From the NCBI RefSeq assembly GCF_009914755.1, contig NC_060939.1: DNA of 64,000 bases. The stretch is one strand, 5' to 3'. The stretch's first letter is position 1, and each line of letters opens with the position of its first letter. Below are positions 14,725-34,806 of the stretch, piece by piece. Source of the stretch: the human T2T-CHM13v2.0 reference genome, Homo sapiens. The translations under genes were made by a program, and so were the position numbers. Under the pieces are notes generated by a model. It saw only the letters and a list, made by a program, of their open reading frames with translations. It ran no database searches and had not been told where the DNA came from.

Positions 14725-16749
14725 GCCTCCATAAAGAAGTCAACATCAACAATATCTATTGTAGCAAAAAAAAAAAAATACTAAACTTGAGGGAATTGCT
14801 ATATAGATTTTGATACAGCCACACATTTGCCTCTTATACAGCAATAAGGATAACTGTGCAGATTGATAGCAGTGTAGAGATGTTTATTATCAGTCAAATA
14901 CAACAAACTTCAGGATCACATAGGCATTATGATTATAGCTCTGCTAAAAGTGTGCATACGCATCTGAAAGGGCTGGAAGGTATTGAAATAAAATTGGCTG
15001 TAGTGTTTGAGAGGCAAAATAGTATGGTTTAAATTACTTTTAATTTTCTGTTTATCTCCAACTAAATAAAAGAAAGCATATCAGTTGAAAAAGAATTAAC
15101 CTTATCACCAATGTTTCCCACTAGACAATGAGAGCAGGAACCCTGCCTGTCTCTTTCAACAGCGTTTGCCAGAGCATGTGTCTGCCACATGGTAGGCGCT
15201 CTGTAAATATTTGTGGACTGATTGACCACTGCTGTCAGCCTCTCTGAACCGGTTTAGTAAATTGCTGATATAGACCTCCTGTTTTCACAAAGATCCTTCT
15301 TGCCATCACCTCCACAGTCTCAAAAAGCACCTTCATTTACAAGCAGGCTTTCAAAACCCAGCATCTTCCTCTCTCTCAGTGTCACTGGCAGAAGGAGGAC
15401 ATCACCTTAAAGTACCAGACTCTAGGGCCAGCCTGTGTTGGGAGAACCCCCCCGCCCCTTCTCTTGCAGCTTCCCCCGGGGGGGACAGATCTTCATGGGG
15501 ACACAAGGGAGAGTAGCTTGATCCCTAAATCATCTGGACACTAACATTTTGCACCAGAAGATGGCAGTCTACACACCTCCTTATGGTGCAGAACCCACAC
15601 CTTCCTTGACACTTTGACAGTTAATTGTTCAAGTCAAGTTACTCAGCCTACCCTCCACAAAGGTGGGCCAGGGTGAGGGTGTGACAAGGATGGCCAGGGC
15701 CTCAGGCCAAGATCAGGAACAGATGTAGGCAACTGATGCCTGCTGTGCCTGATGCTGGGAGAGATGGCACCTCCCACGTTTCACATTTCACAGCTGGGGA
15801 AACGAAGCTTCACAGAGGCTAAGACACTGCCAAGTCCCCCACTCCTAGTAGAGAAACACTGCCCAGACCCGAGCCCCGCTCTCCTTACCCAGCACCCACC
15901 CTCCTTCCACCATACCGTACTGCCTGCCAGCTCTCCAGCAACAGGAGTCTGTGAAAAAATGGGCAAGGATGTTTCTGAACCCATGGTTAAATGCTTTTAA
16001 AAATCACCATGTCAAATTATAAAATTGATCAAACCCTTTGACCTTGGAATACCACTTTGGGAAATATGTTCCAAGGAAACAAAATATGAAATACATATTT
16101 ATAAATAAGTTTATAAAATATAAAAATGAAACAAAAGCACATATAGAGTTGTGTAGAACTGAGCTTGATACTGCAGTTAAAACCAGAGGCAGCCCAGATG
16201 CCCGACCGTGGGGAAAATTGTGCCGTGGTCATTATACTCACACTGGAAATGGCTGTCATGCAGATTAGCACCGACGTCCAGCCTGTCACGTGGGGACTGT
16301 TATACTAGTTGTTAAAATAAGTATTTTCATACCAACTGGTAAATAGTAGAGCCAGAGTGTCCTCCAAGCCTCCCTTGCCCCTCTACTGGGATCCTCCTGA
16401 ACTCCCCCTGATCTAGCAACTAAATAGTAAATGCCTGGCCCAGCAGCCTCCAGGATCCCACATGAAGCAGTGGTCAATGAACATCTTAGTACTAGTTATT
16501 AGATATTTTTTAAACCTCCCCTGGCTAAGATTCTGTATACTCATGGAAAAGCGACCTTATTTTGGAATGGGACAAGATATAGGAATATATAAAGAAAGAC
16601 ATTATGTGACTTAACGGTAAGTAAAAAGAAGCAGAAATTAATACAAGGAATAGCAGTGAGGCAAATTTTATTTGTATAAACAAGAGTTTCTAAGAAGCCA
16701 CAGAGTCTAAATATTTGGTAAACTAGGAGAGGGGAGATTTGAAAAATTT

Positions 16750-17550
16750 TGTCAGTAGCCTATTTAACAACCTTTCCCCTATTTCCTTCTTAAAAGAAAG
16801 TTGCACGGTGGCTCACACCTGTAATCCCTGCACTTTGGGAGGCTGAGGCGGGAGGATCACCAGGTCAGGAGATTGAGACCATCCTGGCTAACACGATGAA
16901 ACCCCATCTCTACTAAAAATACAAAAAATTAGCTGGGCGTGGTGGCGGGCACCTGTAGTCCCAACTACTCAGGAAGCTGAGGCAGGAGAATGGCATGAAC
17001 CCGGGAGGCAGAGCTTGCAGTGAGCCGAGATCACGCCGCTGCACTCCAGCCTGGGCGACAGAGTGAGACTCCGTCTCAAAAAAAAAAAAGTTGCAATTTT
17101 GTTCACTTGCCTACTCTTCTGATGACCAAATGCTTTGGGGAAGGTTGAGCTCAGAGGTAGTCTGGAGTGGGGTAGGGGTGTGAGTCCAGAGTGCCTAAGC
17201 CAGGCATAGTGGCTCAATCCTCTTGCCAAGTATGGATTTAGGCATGGGCTGATGATGTAGTTCTGGCAATGAGGTGGAAGGGAAGTCAGCCTGGAGGATT
17301 CTAGCAAGACTTTCTTTGCTCATATAAAGGGACAATGACAGGAACATCCCCTGTGTTTCCTTTGAGGATGTCTTGCTTAAAACTAAAGCAAACACCTTGT
17401 TGACCAAAGGAGAAGACTAAAAGAGTCTCAGAGAACCCAAACCTTAGCCATGACACCTTTGAGTCACTAAATTAACCAACCTTGAAGCTACTCTAATGCT
17501 AGCCTTTTTCTTGTTGAAATGACCTTAGCTGGGTTTTCTAGTATTTAGAA
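16750..17550 (+). mobile_element. Old MaLR LTR (MLT1K/L-like) interrupted by an Alu
   Basis: TTTAGGCATGGGC...GTTCTGGCAATGAGGTGGAAGGGAAGTCAGC and GAGTCACTAAATTAACCAACCTTGAAGC motifs. Confidence 0.55.
16806..17089 (+). mobile_element. Alu (AluY-like)
   Basis: Slightly 5'-truncated, AAAGTTGCA TSD. Confidence 0.95.
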
Positions 17551-18345
17551 TGTAAGCTGTTTATTCACTATTATAGCCCTGTTATCTATAACACCATCTG
17601 GTGCATAGTAAGCCCACCATAAATATTTGTTGAAGGGATAAATGAATAAAAAGGAAGGAAAAAATGAATCCTTGCTGATATAGAAAGGTGTTAAGTTTCT
17701 TGGTCATCTTGGTGTTAGATTTTTCTGTTTCATTAAAAAAAAATATTCATTCAAAGCATTGCATGATGTTGACTAGGTGTATTAGTTCCAGGGAATTAGT
17801 GTTATGGGAAGTGGCAGACAGATCTGGATTTGAGTATGGATCTGCTACTTACCAGTCAAGTGTTCTTAGGCAAATTATTCATCTTCACTGAGCACACCTG
17901 TAAAATGAGGATAAATTATGGGGTCGCTGTGAGTCTTAAATGAGAAGCAACCACAGAGCTGGGCACGTGGGAGGGGCTCTGTAAGTGTTCATTCCTCACC
18001 TTCCAACATTCTAAGTACTCAGGTACCATGATGCCAGGATGAATCAGGCCGAGTCTCTCTTTGACCTTGAGAAGGATTTCATGGGCCAGGGGGAGGACTC
18101 AGACATAGCAACAAATCAGCCACGTGACCCACATTAACATCACGGGAAATGGAACAAATTGACATCACATACCTCCTGATATGACACACTGAGATGAACA
18201 GAGCATTACCTCTGGGATAGTTCTGCCAAATTAGTACAACAAGAACTCATCACAAGGAAACATCAAACAAACCCAAAATGAGGTACTTTCTACAAAATAA
18301 CTGGCTTAGACACTTCAGAAATGTTGTCATGAAAAACAAAAAGGA

Positions 18346-18918
<573 letters not shown>

Positions 18919-19161
18919 CTTTATTGGGAAAAATTTGTGAAATCGGAATAAGATCTGTGGATTAGATAAAATAGTTGGTACCAAAGTTAATTTCCTAATT
19001 TTGATGATTATCTATACTTATCTAAGAGAATGTCCTTGGTTTTACAAAGCATATACACCAAAGGAGTAGAGGGGAGTAATGTCTGTAAAGTAACTCACAA
19101 ACAGTTCAGAAAAAGTAAAATTATGATTCTAGATACAGTACATAGAAAGATAGGTAGGTGC

Positions 19162-19939
<778 letters not shown>

Positions 19940-20619
19940 TTAGGGTATCGGGCTGAAAGATATACAAGAATTATTTGTACTATTCTTGTAACTTTCTTGC
20001 AAGTCTGAAATTGTGTCAAAAATAATTTTTAAACAATTTAAAGGTGACAGTAGATCCAAATGCTGAAGGAGACTGGGAATTTGTGGGTGGGAAAAGGTGG
20101 GGAATGGAATTAATTGCAGGCCGAGTAAAGACTTAAGAAAGCATTCAGCTGGCTAGCACCTGAAGATCCAGCTACTCGGGAGGCTGAGGCAGGAGGATTA
20201 CTTGCAATTAGAAATTCTAGGCTTGCAGTGAGCTATGATCATGCCTGTGAATAGCCACTGTATTCCAGCCTGAGCAACATACCAAGGCCCTGTCTCTAAG
20301 CCACCAGGAGATGGTGGCCCATTTCACAGAAAGCTGCATTTGAGCATGTTCTAGAAAGAGGTGCCACAATCCTCCAGGCAGACAATAGGAGGAAGGGCCT
20401 TTTAGTCAGTGGCCAGTAGGTATGAGTGAGTAGGGCACTAACAGGCAGGAGGCAGGTGTGGCTGAGGTACTGGATATGGGCACTAAAGATGGATATGTAG
20501 GTTGTGGCAAAATTGCAAAGGACCTTGAATGCCCTGCCAAGGCGTTGGGACTTCATCCTGTAAGCAGGGGGTGGGCAGTGACATGATGAGCTAGATGTTG
20601 TAGAAAGTGAGGAGGACGA

Positions 20620-21036
<417 letters not shown>

Positions 21037-21216
21037 TTAATTAAGCCCGTTGGGCCAGAACTGGAAGGGCAATATGTACATTCACACCCCTAGGAGGCAA
21101 ACTGGCAGGACATTTTTGGTGCTCTGGTTCCAGTTTGCTCTGCATTGCAGAGGCCGTGGGACCAAGTGACTGGTCAGCAAGGGTAAGCCCCTAGTTGGTT
21201 TAGAAGGTGGGGAAGT

Positions 21217-21662
<446 letters not shown>

Positions 21663-22517
21663 TCATACAGCCCCCTCAGTGTCTGATTCCCCAAGATTTT
21701 TATATGTTACCCACATGGGTGCTACGGTCAGTCCCATCATGTTTCCAGCTCAGGAGGCTAAAGGCCCAATCACGAATTTGGTTCTTTGTATTGCACAACA
21801 GCAGGGCATTTTAAAGTCAAATTGAGCCAATCCACTCGTTTGACACTCAACAAATATTTGCCCATTGCTACAGTGTGCTTAAGAGATTTACCCAAAAGGA
21901 ACAGAGAAAGGGGTAGGGTGAGAAAACACTGAGGTCAGATTATAATGAGAGTGGTTTTTCTCACTGAGGTTTCACTTGGTATGTCCAAATTAGATAGAGA
22001 TGTGTTTCTCATTGAGTTTGAAAAGGAAATATTATCTTTAAGTCTTTAGGTTCCCAACTTCATGAAGATGGAGCCAGGTGATAAGTGGCATCAAATGCCA
22101 TTCTGAGCAACATGTTAAACACTCAGAAAGCAAGATGGGTCCCATGTGGCCTGGTGATTTTCCCTAAATGCATGCAGCTCTTACTCGCCCGGAGGCTTGT
22201 CCACAGCTGTGGTGGTTATGACGGTGGTGATGGAGATCACCCACTTTGTGCCAGGCACTCTGAAAAGTGCTTCCCTTACATTCTCTCTAAACCTAACCAC
22301 CTAACCACACCCTGCAAGGTAGACATCTTACACGTGAGGAAATCAGAGTGCAGGGAGGTGGGTGGATTTGTCCAAGATCGTACTGCCATGTAGGGGCAGA
22401 GCCAGGATCTGAATTCAGATCTTGTCGCTAAAGGTTATGACCATTCCATCGTCATGCCATCTCCCACTGCTTCAAAATGGGAAGGAAGTTTCCCATTTTT
22501 GAACAAAAGCATCTGGC

Positions 22518-22699
22518 CAATGGATCTCAAACTTTAGTGTGCATCAGAGTCTGTGTTAATAGAATGCAGATTGCGGGGTCTGAGCCCCAGAGTTTCTGAT
22601 TCATTAGGTCTAAGGCAGGGCCTGCTAATCTGCATTTCTAGCAACCCCAGATTTGCTGGTGTTGCAGCTAGCCCTGGGACCTTGCTCTGAGAACCACTG
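22518..22699 (-). mobile_element. MER5A-like MITE
   Basis: CCCCAGAGTTTCTGATTCATTAGGTCT...ATCTGCATTTCTAGCAA...TGAGAACCACTG. Confidence 0.8.
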
Positions 22700-23329
22700 C
22701 TCTTGGGGTTAACAGAAGATGATGCTACTGCCTCCTCCTCCTCCTCTTTCTGTTCATTTTGACATCTCCAAAACCGATCCATTTCACCTGCCTGAAGAAG
22801 AGGGCCGGGGCGAATGCTGCCCTCACTTCTGCCCATCTGTTTCCTGGGAGTCTGTGTGGGAGGCTATAGGCTCCTCACTGACCCAGCGCAGAGGATTCCT
22901 GGCTAAGCCATTGGCTCCCAGTTGTTTACAGACACATCTACTCTCAGGTCACTGCTCTCTCTCTCTCTCAACCCCAGGGGGCATTCCCAGGCCTCTCTGG
23001 GCTTTCTGTTCTCTCACAGCTTCTCTGCAGACTGAACCTGCTTTCATCTGCTTAGTCAAGTGTGGTTTATGAACTCTGATTGCCTACAACACCCTCTCTT
23101 CATTAGTCAGACTTTGGACTGGGAATGAGAGATCTTTTCCAGGGTAATATGGGACACACAGGCTGCTTCTGTCACCTGGGATCCTTGCTGCTCTGGGAAA
23201 GATAAACTTTCTAGCATCTTGTTGACCTTCCCAAGTTATAGTTTGACAAGGGAACATATGTTTCAAAGGCTTGTGGACTTTTAGACTTGGAAGAGATCTT
23301 GGTGGAAAAAAAGGAAGGGAAGAGAACAA

Positions 23330-23570
23330 ACACTTATTGAGAATCTGCCAAGTGTCAGGCACAAGGCCAGAGACTTAATATGTGCCACAGTATTTACTCT
23401 TCACAGTAACCCTATGAGATAGGGTTTGGGTTTTTTCATTTTAATCCCCATATATAGATGAGAAACTGAGATTCTAAGTTTAGCAACTGGTAAGGGTCAC
23501 ACAGCTAGCTAGTGGCAGAACCAGGATTTGAACCCAGGTCTACCCATATTCTCTCTTCTACTGCTCGCCC
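23330..23570 (-). mobile_element. MIR (representative; similar MIR remnants near 1.5, 2.65, 3.7, 5.15, 9.55, 12.2, 17.9, 22.3, 39.5, 44.2, 46.6, 51.2, 54.2 and 58.6 kb)
   Basis: MIR core TAGATGAGAAACTGAG...GGTCACACAGCTAG...CCAGGATTTGAACCCAGGTCT. Confidence 0.75.
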
Positions 23571-24031
23571 AGCAGTCCATAGCATTGATGGTCTCCATAA
23601 TGTGATATCCATTGATTGTCCTGGCTTGCTAAGACACCGTGTGTCAGTCATACAGTGGTCAGTGCTGGGGAAGCAAGGACTAGTCCAGTTAGAGAAGCCG
23701 GTAGTGGGTGGTAGGAGGAACTGAGAAAACGGGTCATGGTTGAGTGCTGCATGAGCAGGTGGGAGGTGCCAGGAGTCTGTAGAGTTAGTAACAAGAGCTG
23801 CTGGGAGCAGGTCAAAGCAAGCAAGATGACAGTCATCTCCAAGGAAAGATGAGCAGCCAGCCAGGGGCCTCGACTCCGGCAAAGCTAGCCAGGGCTGCTC
23901 TAAAGAGCCAGGTGCCAGCCCTCCCGCCCAGGTGTGGGTCTGCTTGAAGACAGTCCCCCTGCCCTCCACGTCCATCAGTGTGTGCTTTGTGCCCAGCATT
24001 GTGCCCAGCATTGTGCTAGGTGTTGACGCTC

Positions 24032-24322
24032 CTTTTTTTTTTTTTTTTTTTTTTGAGACAGAGTTTTGCTTTTGTCACCCAGGCTAGAGTGCAGTGGCAT
24101 GATCTGGGCTCACTGCAACCTCCGCTTCCCGGGTTCAAGTGATTCTGCTGCCTCAGCCTCCTGAGTAGCACACACCACCACTCCCAGCTAATTTTTGTAT
24201 TTTTAGTAGAGACGGGGTTTCACCGTGTTGGCCAGGATGGTCTGGATCTCTTGACCTCGTGATCCGCCCGCCTTGGCCTCCCAAAATGCTGGGATTACAG
24301 GCGTGAGCCACTGTGCCCAGCC
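24032..24322 (-). mobile_element. Alu (AluS)
   Basis: Antisense dimer with a small internal deletion. Confidence 0.93.
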
Positions 24323-25649
24323 TCCTTTTTAAAAATAAAATTAAATAAATAAAATATTCTTGTTTTCAAAGAGCTCACAGCTCAGGTATAGGTACAAGCA
24401 ACTGACTACACAGCCAGATAAGTATTATTTTTAACACGGTGTTTCGTAGCTTAGACTGTCAATTCACATACCCACATGATGTCCAGCGACCCTCATGGGA
24501 AGCATTCCCGCAGGGGAGAGAGGAAGGGCCCTGTGCGAAGCATTCTGCTCTTCCACGCCTGACATCGCATGGAGCCTTGGCACAACCCCTTGAGGAGCAC
24601 AAAGGAGGGAGTCCTAACATCTCCTTGTGGGGGATGGGCAAAGCTTCCCAGAAGTATGGGTAGAAGCTCTTCATGCAGAAACCAGGAAGGCAAGGTCACT
24701 GCCATTTCTTCCGCTGTGTCATTTCAGCGTGATAGGCACTTTTAGCTTTAGCTAGAAGGAGGGCAGGGGGCTTGAGACTGGCCTCTTGGCCTTTCCTTTT
24801 CCACTGCCATCTGAAAAGCCCTAACTTTTTTACATCTATCTTCCTGCAACAGCTCCCTCCAGAAAATCCAGATGTCTAAAGTGCTAGCAAGCAAAGGGCT
24901 AGTGGGTGTGCTTTTAGCCGACATAGTCTGGCTTGTGAACAAATGTTAAGAAGGTCTCTTTTTCCTCGCTCTCTGCCATCCATTTTTCCTCAATGACTAT
25001 TTTCCTAGAGTTCATCATGTGATAACCATGACAGACCAGGGATAGATGAGGGAGGAGCCATCAATGAGAGACGTCATCTGTCCTCACTGAGTCAGTGAAA
25101 GAAAATGTTAGGCTGGAATCAATGACTTATTGAGCATGAGGTCAGAGGGGAGGAGATTTACATTTGTCTCTTAAATAGTGGTGAGTGAGAAAGCAAGTTC
25201 TGGATTGGAATTCAGCAGAATGGCTTCTCCCTAAGCAGCTGGAAGACCAGGAGCAGGGAGGACATGGGAAGGGACCCTCAAAAGGAAGCAGAGACATTAG
25301 CTAGGTGCTGGGGGTCTGGAAAGGCAAGAACCTTCAGGCAGCCTGGGTGGTCACTCGGCTGAGCCAGCACTGAAGGAGCTCTGGAAGGAGGGATAGCTAG
25401 TCCTCCCGCCCACACCAACACCAGCACCGATGTGGCTGCCCCCTCTGGTGTCCTCCATGGTGGGAGCCAGGTTGAATGCTGCTCTAGGACACTTTGTAGA
25501 GCACCCATGGGGATACTGTCTCTTCAGTGGACTTCTGACTGAAGCAGGTGGAGACCCTCCCTCTCCTCACCAGCACTGGGATCAGGCTGTGGCCAGGAGC
25601 CGGATGGAAAGGCAGTTTCATGTTTGCTCACATAAGGGTGACTATTCGG

Positions 25650-28300
<2,651 letters not shown>

Positions 28301-28829
28301 TGTGCCCAACAGCTCATTGAGAACGGGCCAGGATGACAATGGCGGCTTTGTGGAATAGAAAGGCGGGAAAGGTGGGGAAAAGATTGAGAAATCGGATGGT
28401 TGCCGTGTCTGTGTAGAAAGAAGTAGACATGGGAGACTTTTCATTTTGTTCTGCACTAAGAAAAATTCCTCTGCCTGGGGATCCTGTTGATCTGTGACCT
28501 TACCCCCAACCCTGTGCTCTCTGAAACATGTGCTGTGTCCACTCAGGGTTAAATGGATTAAGGGCGGTGCAAGATGTGCTTTGTTAAACAGATGCTTGAA
28601 GGCAGCATGCTCGTTAAGAGTCATCACCAATCCCTAATCTCAAGTAATCAGGGACACAAACACTGCGGAAGGCCGCAGGGTCCTCTGCCTAGGAAAACCA
28701 GAGACCTTTGTTCACTTGTTTATCTGCTGACCTTCCCTCCACTATTGTCCCATGACCCTGCCAAATCCCCCTCTGTGAGAAACACCCAAGAATTATCAAT
28801 AAAAAAATAAATTAAAAAAAAAAAAAAAA

Positions 28830-29059
28830 TTACAATGGAAATTAACTGCTATGCTGTTGATAGGGCATCAACTTGTGAGGAGCTAAAACCTTAAATTGTT
28901 TTCTAAACTCTCCCATTGATGTTGAGCAATACACTTGCATCAATAATTTACTAAATGTATTTCTGAACACTTTTATGGCTCTCAGAACATATTTAACTTT
29001 GCCAATATTGGTTGCCAATGGAGAACATAGCTTCCTGAAATTAAAATGTATTTTAAATT
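28830..29059 (+). other. 3'-transduced unique sequence from the SVA source locus
   Basis: AT-rich non-SVA sequence between two poly(A) tracts. ATTAAA at 29040-29045 lies 14 nt before the second poly(A). The TSD falls after the second tract. Confidence 0.85.
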
Positions 29060-29062
29060 AAA

Positions 29063-29100
<38 letters not shown>

Positions 29101-30285
29101 GAGTGACTATTCAGACAAACCCACCAGATTTGCTTAATCCTCACAACAACCCTAGGGACTATTCTGTTTTTTAAGTGAGGAGAAATTCACATAACATAGA
29201 ATTAACCATTTTAAAGTATAAAATCCAGTAGCATTTAGTACATTCAGAATATTGTACAACCACCACTTCTATCAAGTTGTGAAACATTTTCATACGTCGT
29301 TGAGGTTGTTTTTATGCCCATGTTACTGGTGAGCTATTAAGGCTCAGGAAAGTGAAGTGACTGATTCAAGTTCATCAGTGGGAGAGGTCGGATTTGAGCC
29401 CAGATTCTGTAACTCCTGTAGAAGGAGGAAATGTCTCTCTTCAGACTTTGATAACAGCCTCTGAACTGATTTCCTGGTCTCCTGTCTCCCTTCTTCCAGG
29501 TGTCTTACACACAATGAGATTCATCTCCTACCACCAGGCTCTAAGAGAACTATCTCCCTCCTTAGCCTCCCAATGGGCGCTCATTAGTATCCAAATAAAG
29601 TGCAAGCTCCGTTCTGCTGTAACCTTTATGTTGATCACCAAGCAGCCTGTTTCTCTGGGCCTGTGGTCCTTGGGAAATGCTTGTGAATCCTGGACTCTGA
29701 CAATCCTGGGAGTGGTGGCTGATCCTGGCACAGCTTCTGCCCTTTATCCTATCCATCAGCTACCAGCCAGACTGCATGCCCTTGAGATTTCTCAAGCGGG
29801 GTCTGACACCAGCGTGGGCTCTGTGCACCTCAGTGTGTGTTGCCATTGGAACCCCGTCACTCGACTTGAGGGAAAGGACAGCAACCTCCCATCTCTCCAC
29901 CTTGGTTGGCTAAGTTATTTTAAGGTCAAATAATGGAAGCAGTGCAGATATTAAATATGTCGGTGCCAGTTGTATATATGTGCTCCCTGAAAATATACTC
30001 ATGGTGTATTTTTAGGTGCCAAAGGGCAAAATCCTATATGTAATATAATCTTGTTTCAGAAAAAATATGTTTATATAGACAGAACAAATATATATTTTAA
30101 CATGTTCATCTATTTGCATAAGAAAACATTCGAAAAGATACACCTTTAATGGTAATGTTAACATGTTAATGGTGGTTCTCTCTGGCTGATGTGATTTGGA
30201 GTGATTTTAATTTTTTCCTTTGGCTTATTTTCATCCTTGCTAAGTTTCTTTCCATAAAAACATGACCTCTATATGAGAAAAAGAA

Positions 30286-30643
<358 letters not shown>

Positions 30644-31371
30644 TCACAACTAATTGTGTATTTGCACCTCTACTTTCTCTGCCCCTCAAGAACAGGGATC
30701 TCATCTTACTCATTTTGCCTTCTCTGCGACGTCTCCAAGACATGCTCAAGAATTAATTAGCTAGCCAGGGAGCGGACCCCAAGTTCTACTGTCTCTGACC
30801 CCTCCTGAGTGCAGGTCTCTGAGGCCAAGCCCCTCGAGCAGGCCTCCAGGAGGTGAAGCTCCTGAGACCTCCCAGGCCTAGGTTCCTGGGGTTTCCCACT
30901 AGGCACCTTGTCAGTGAGTAAAGCAGTGGTGGCTGCAGGCAGATGCAACATCAACAGCAAGTCTGCAGGCAAAGACGCTCTCTTGCGCTTGTGGGTTTCT
31001 TCTCAATATGATTTCATTACTGTAAGGCAGATGTTTCATTGCCAGGGCAACCAGGGGGTGGAATATGCACAGAGCAGCCTCCACTTTGAACTTTATTTTG
31101 TTAAACTCCCACTGGGCCCTGAGCTCACTTCCCATTTGTGGTTGCAAGAATGTAAACATTCTTCAAATCTGCTGGGGTTTTTTGTCTTGATCTTGTTTTG
31201 TCTCTTTAGAGGTCTGGCTGACATGTACAGTGTCTTCTGCAATTTACTAATTAGTGTAACTTGTTTCATTCTCACCCGCTCACCTTGATACCTCTCCCTA
31301 CTGTCTTGTGATCAGACTTGCTCCCTCAAAATAGATGGATATATTTTTCAATGTATTTAAAATGAACTGGA

Positions 31372-31663
31372 GGCCGGGCGAGGTGGCTCACATCTATAAT
31401 GCCAGCACTTTGGGAAGCCGAGGAGGGTGGATCACCTGAGGTCAGGAGTTCGAGACCAGCCTGACCAACATGGTGAGCCCTCATCTCTACTAAAAATACA
31501 AAAATTAGCCGGGCGTGGTGGCGCATGCCTGTAACCCAGCTACTTGGGAGGCTGAGGCAGGAAAGTCACTTGAACTGGAGAGGCAGAGGTTACAGTGAGC
31601 CGAGATCGCGCCATTGTACACTCTAGCCTGGGCAACAAGAGCGAAACTCTGTCTCAAAAAAAA
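31372..31663 (+). mobile_element. Alu (AluS)
   Basis: Full dimer with GAACTGGA flanking repeat. Confidence 0.95.
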
Positions 31664-33176
31664 GAACTGGAACGTCAGAATTGGAATTTTCCAATAGGGA
31701 GGATATCAAAGGGGACAGCTTTAACTGTTTCTCCTCTCATGATGTGCTCTTTTTCCCCTTGGTTTTCCTGCTCCTGCTCCGCAGCACACACAGGTTTCTA
31801 AACTACACTGAGGGGTGACTAGCCCTCTGTGGCCTTGGCCTGTTTGATGTGAATACCCTATCTCCCTGGTGAGGCGTGGAGGCCTCAGTGGGAGGAGCAG
31901 TCATGATCGATTCCTCAATCATGACAAAACCCATATAGCCTGCAGTTCCCTCTCCTTCCATTCCTTGTCCCAGTTAAAATACCTTTCAACTAGACTCCAC
32001 TTTTGGAATTGTCACTGACAAAGTTGTTTTCTGGGGAGGTGAGCCTCAGAGGTTTAAACACACTGGTCTTGCCCAGCACCTGATACTTCATTGTTGGAAG
32101 GAATTAAATCTAATTGAATAGAATCAAATCCAAATTGAACGGGCAGGTTCTAAACCAGGCTTGCAGATCAGGGCCATCAGCCTCTTAAATGCAGCCCAGA
32201 TGAGCCCACCGTTGTCTGGTGTCTGAGAGGAGGAGGGCACAGTGCGAGGGCCCATTCTGGTTGTTTGGGGATGTTTCTCTTAGCTCGTTGCTTGGAGGGT
32301 CTACCTGGTTTCTCATAGCTGCTGCCTGGGGTAAATGACTGGCTTTGAATCAAGTCCCAGAGTGCAAGTGTCTGAGGGGAGCCTGGGAGTAAATGGAGGA
32401 AGGAAGGAGAGGGAGGGAGGGAGGGGGGTTCCCCTACAGTTTCCCAATGAGGAGATAAAATGTAAGCCCTAGAAACATGGGAGAATTAATGATGTGGAAT
32501 GAGCTGTGTCACTTGTGACATGAGTCATAGTATTGCCCTCTCAGGATAGATCTCTGCCCTGAAAGTGGCTGAGAACAGCCAAACCCAGAGAGGTGGGTAC
32601 AGTCATCCTAGGGGTGTAGCCTGACCTTGCACTTGAAGGGAAGGAGGAAAGCCAACCCCTGTGCTAGGATACACGATTAGTGCTCATGACACATCTGTAA
32701 GATGTTACTCCCTTTTTACGGAAGGGAAACTGAGGCCCAGAATGGTCAGCAAAAGCCATCACCCTTGGAGGAGGATAGATCTGGGTTTTGATATCACAGG
32801 CGCCATCCCCTAATGCCTGCATAACTTTGGGTCTCCTCCTCCACCAGACAGATCCTGCCACCTGTGGAGAGGTCAGCAGGGGACTCCCTGGTTTGCACAG
32901 GACCATCTGGATCAGGTAGGAAGGAGGAGAAAACCACTGGCCTCCACATTCTTTAATCCAGCTTTGCAGATAATAGAGCCTGGACTTTCAGCTGATCTGA
33001 TTCCTGATCAGTTTCTCAATGAGCTGAAACTCAGAGGGAAGAGGAATGTGATTTCCACTCACAATCACCAGACAGGGAGCCTCTTGTGGGCAGAAACTGT
33101 TTCTTTCTTATTTTTAGTAAATAAGAAAGTATGTCATATTTAACACATATGAAAGAAAAAGGCAGCATATCTGTGA

Positions 33177-33573
<397 letters not shown>

Positions 33574-33789
33574 AACTATCCTACATTTTGAGCTTAACCT
33601 TGCCTATTTTTTTTTTTCAATTTTAGCAATCTGCATGCATTTCTGAGCTGTATAAAGTTTAGTTGTACTGCTTTGGGGGGCTCTATACAAATGATATCAA
33701 ATTGAACTTAATCATCAGTGGTTATTAGAGTTACCATTTAAAGATGAATATGCACCTACGTCACAACTCCTGGGTATATATACCCTAGG

Positions 33790-34806
<1,017 letters not shown>

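Noticed and set aside
22406-22421. 16-bp palindrome GATCTGAATTCAGATC (also GCTCTCATGAGAGC at ~7149 and TCACTGAGTCAGTGA at ~25084)
   Set aside because: Short palindromes of this size are expected about once per window and two lie in old repeats.
29394-29933. 179-aa ORF in unique sequence (also 43085-43621, 23505-24011, 54280-54822)
   Set aside because: No recognisable domain or exon structure, mostly non-ATG starts; compatible with chance.
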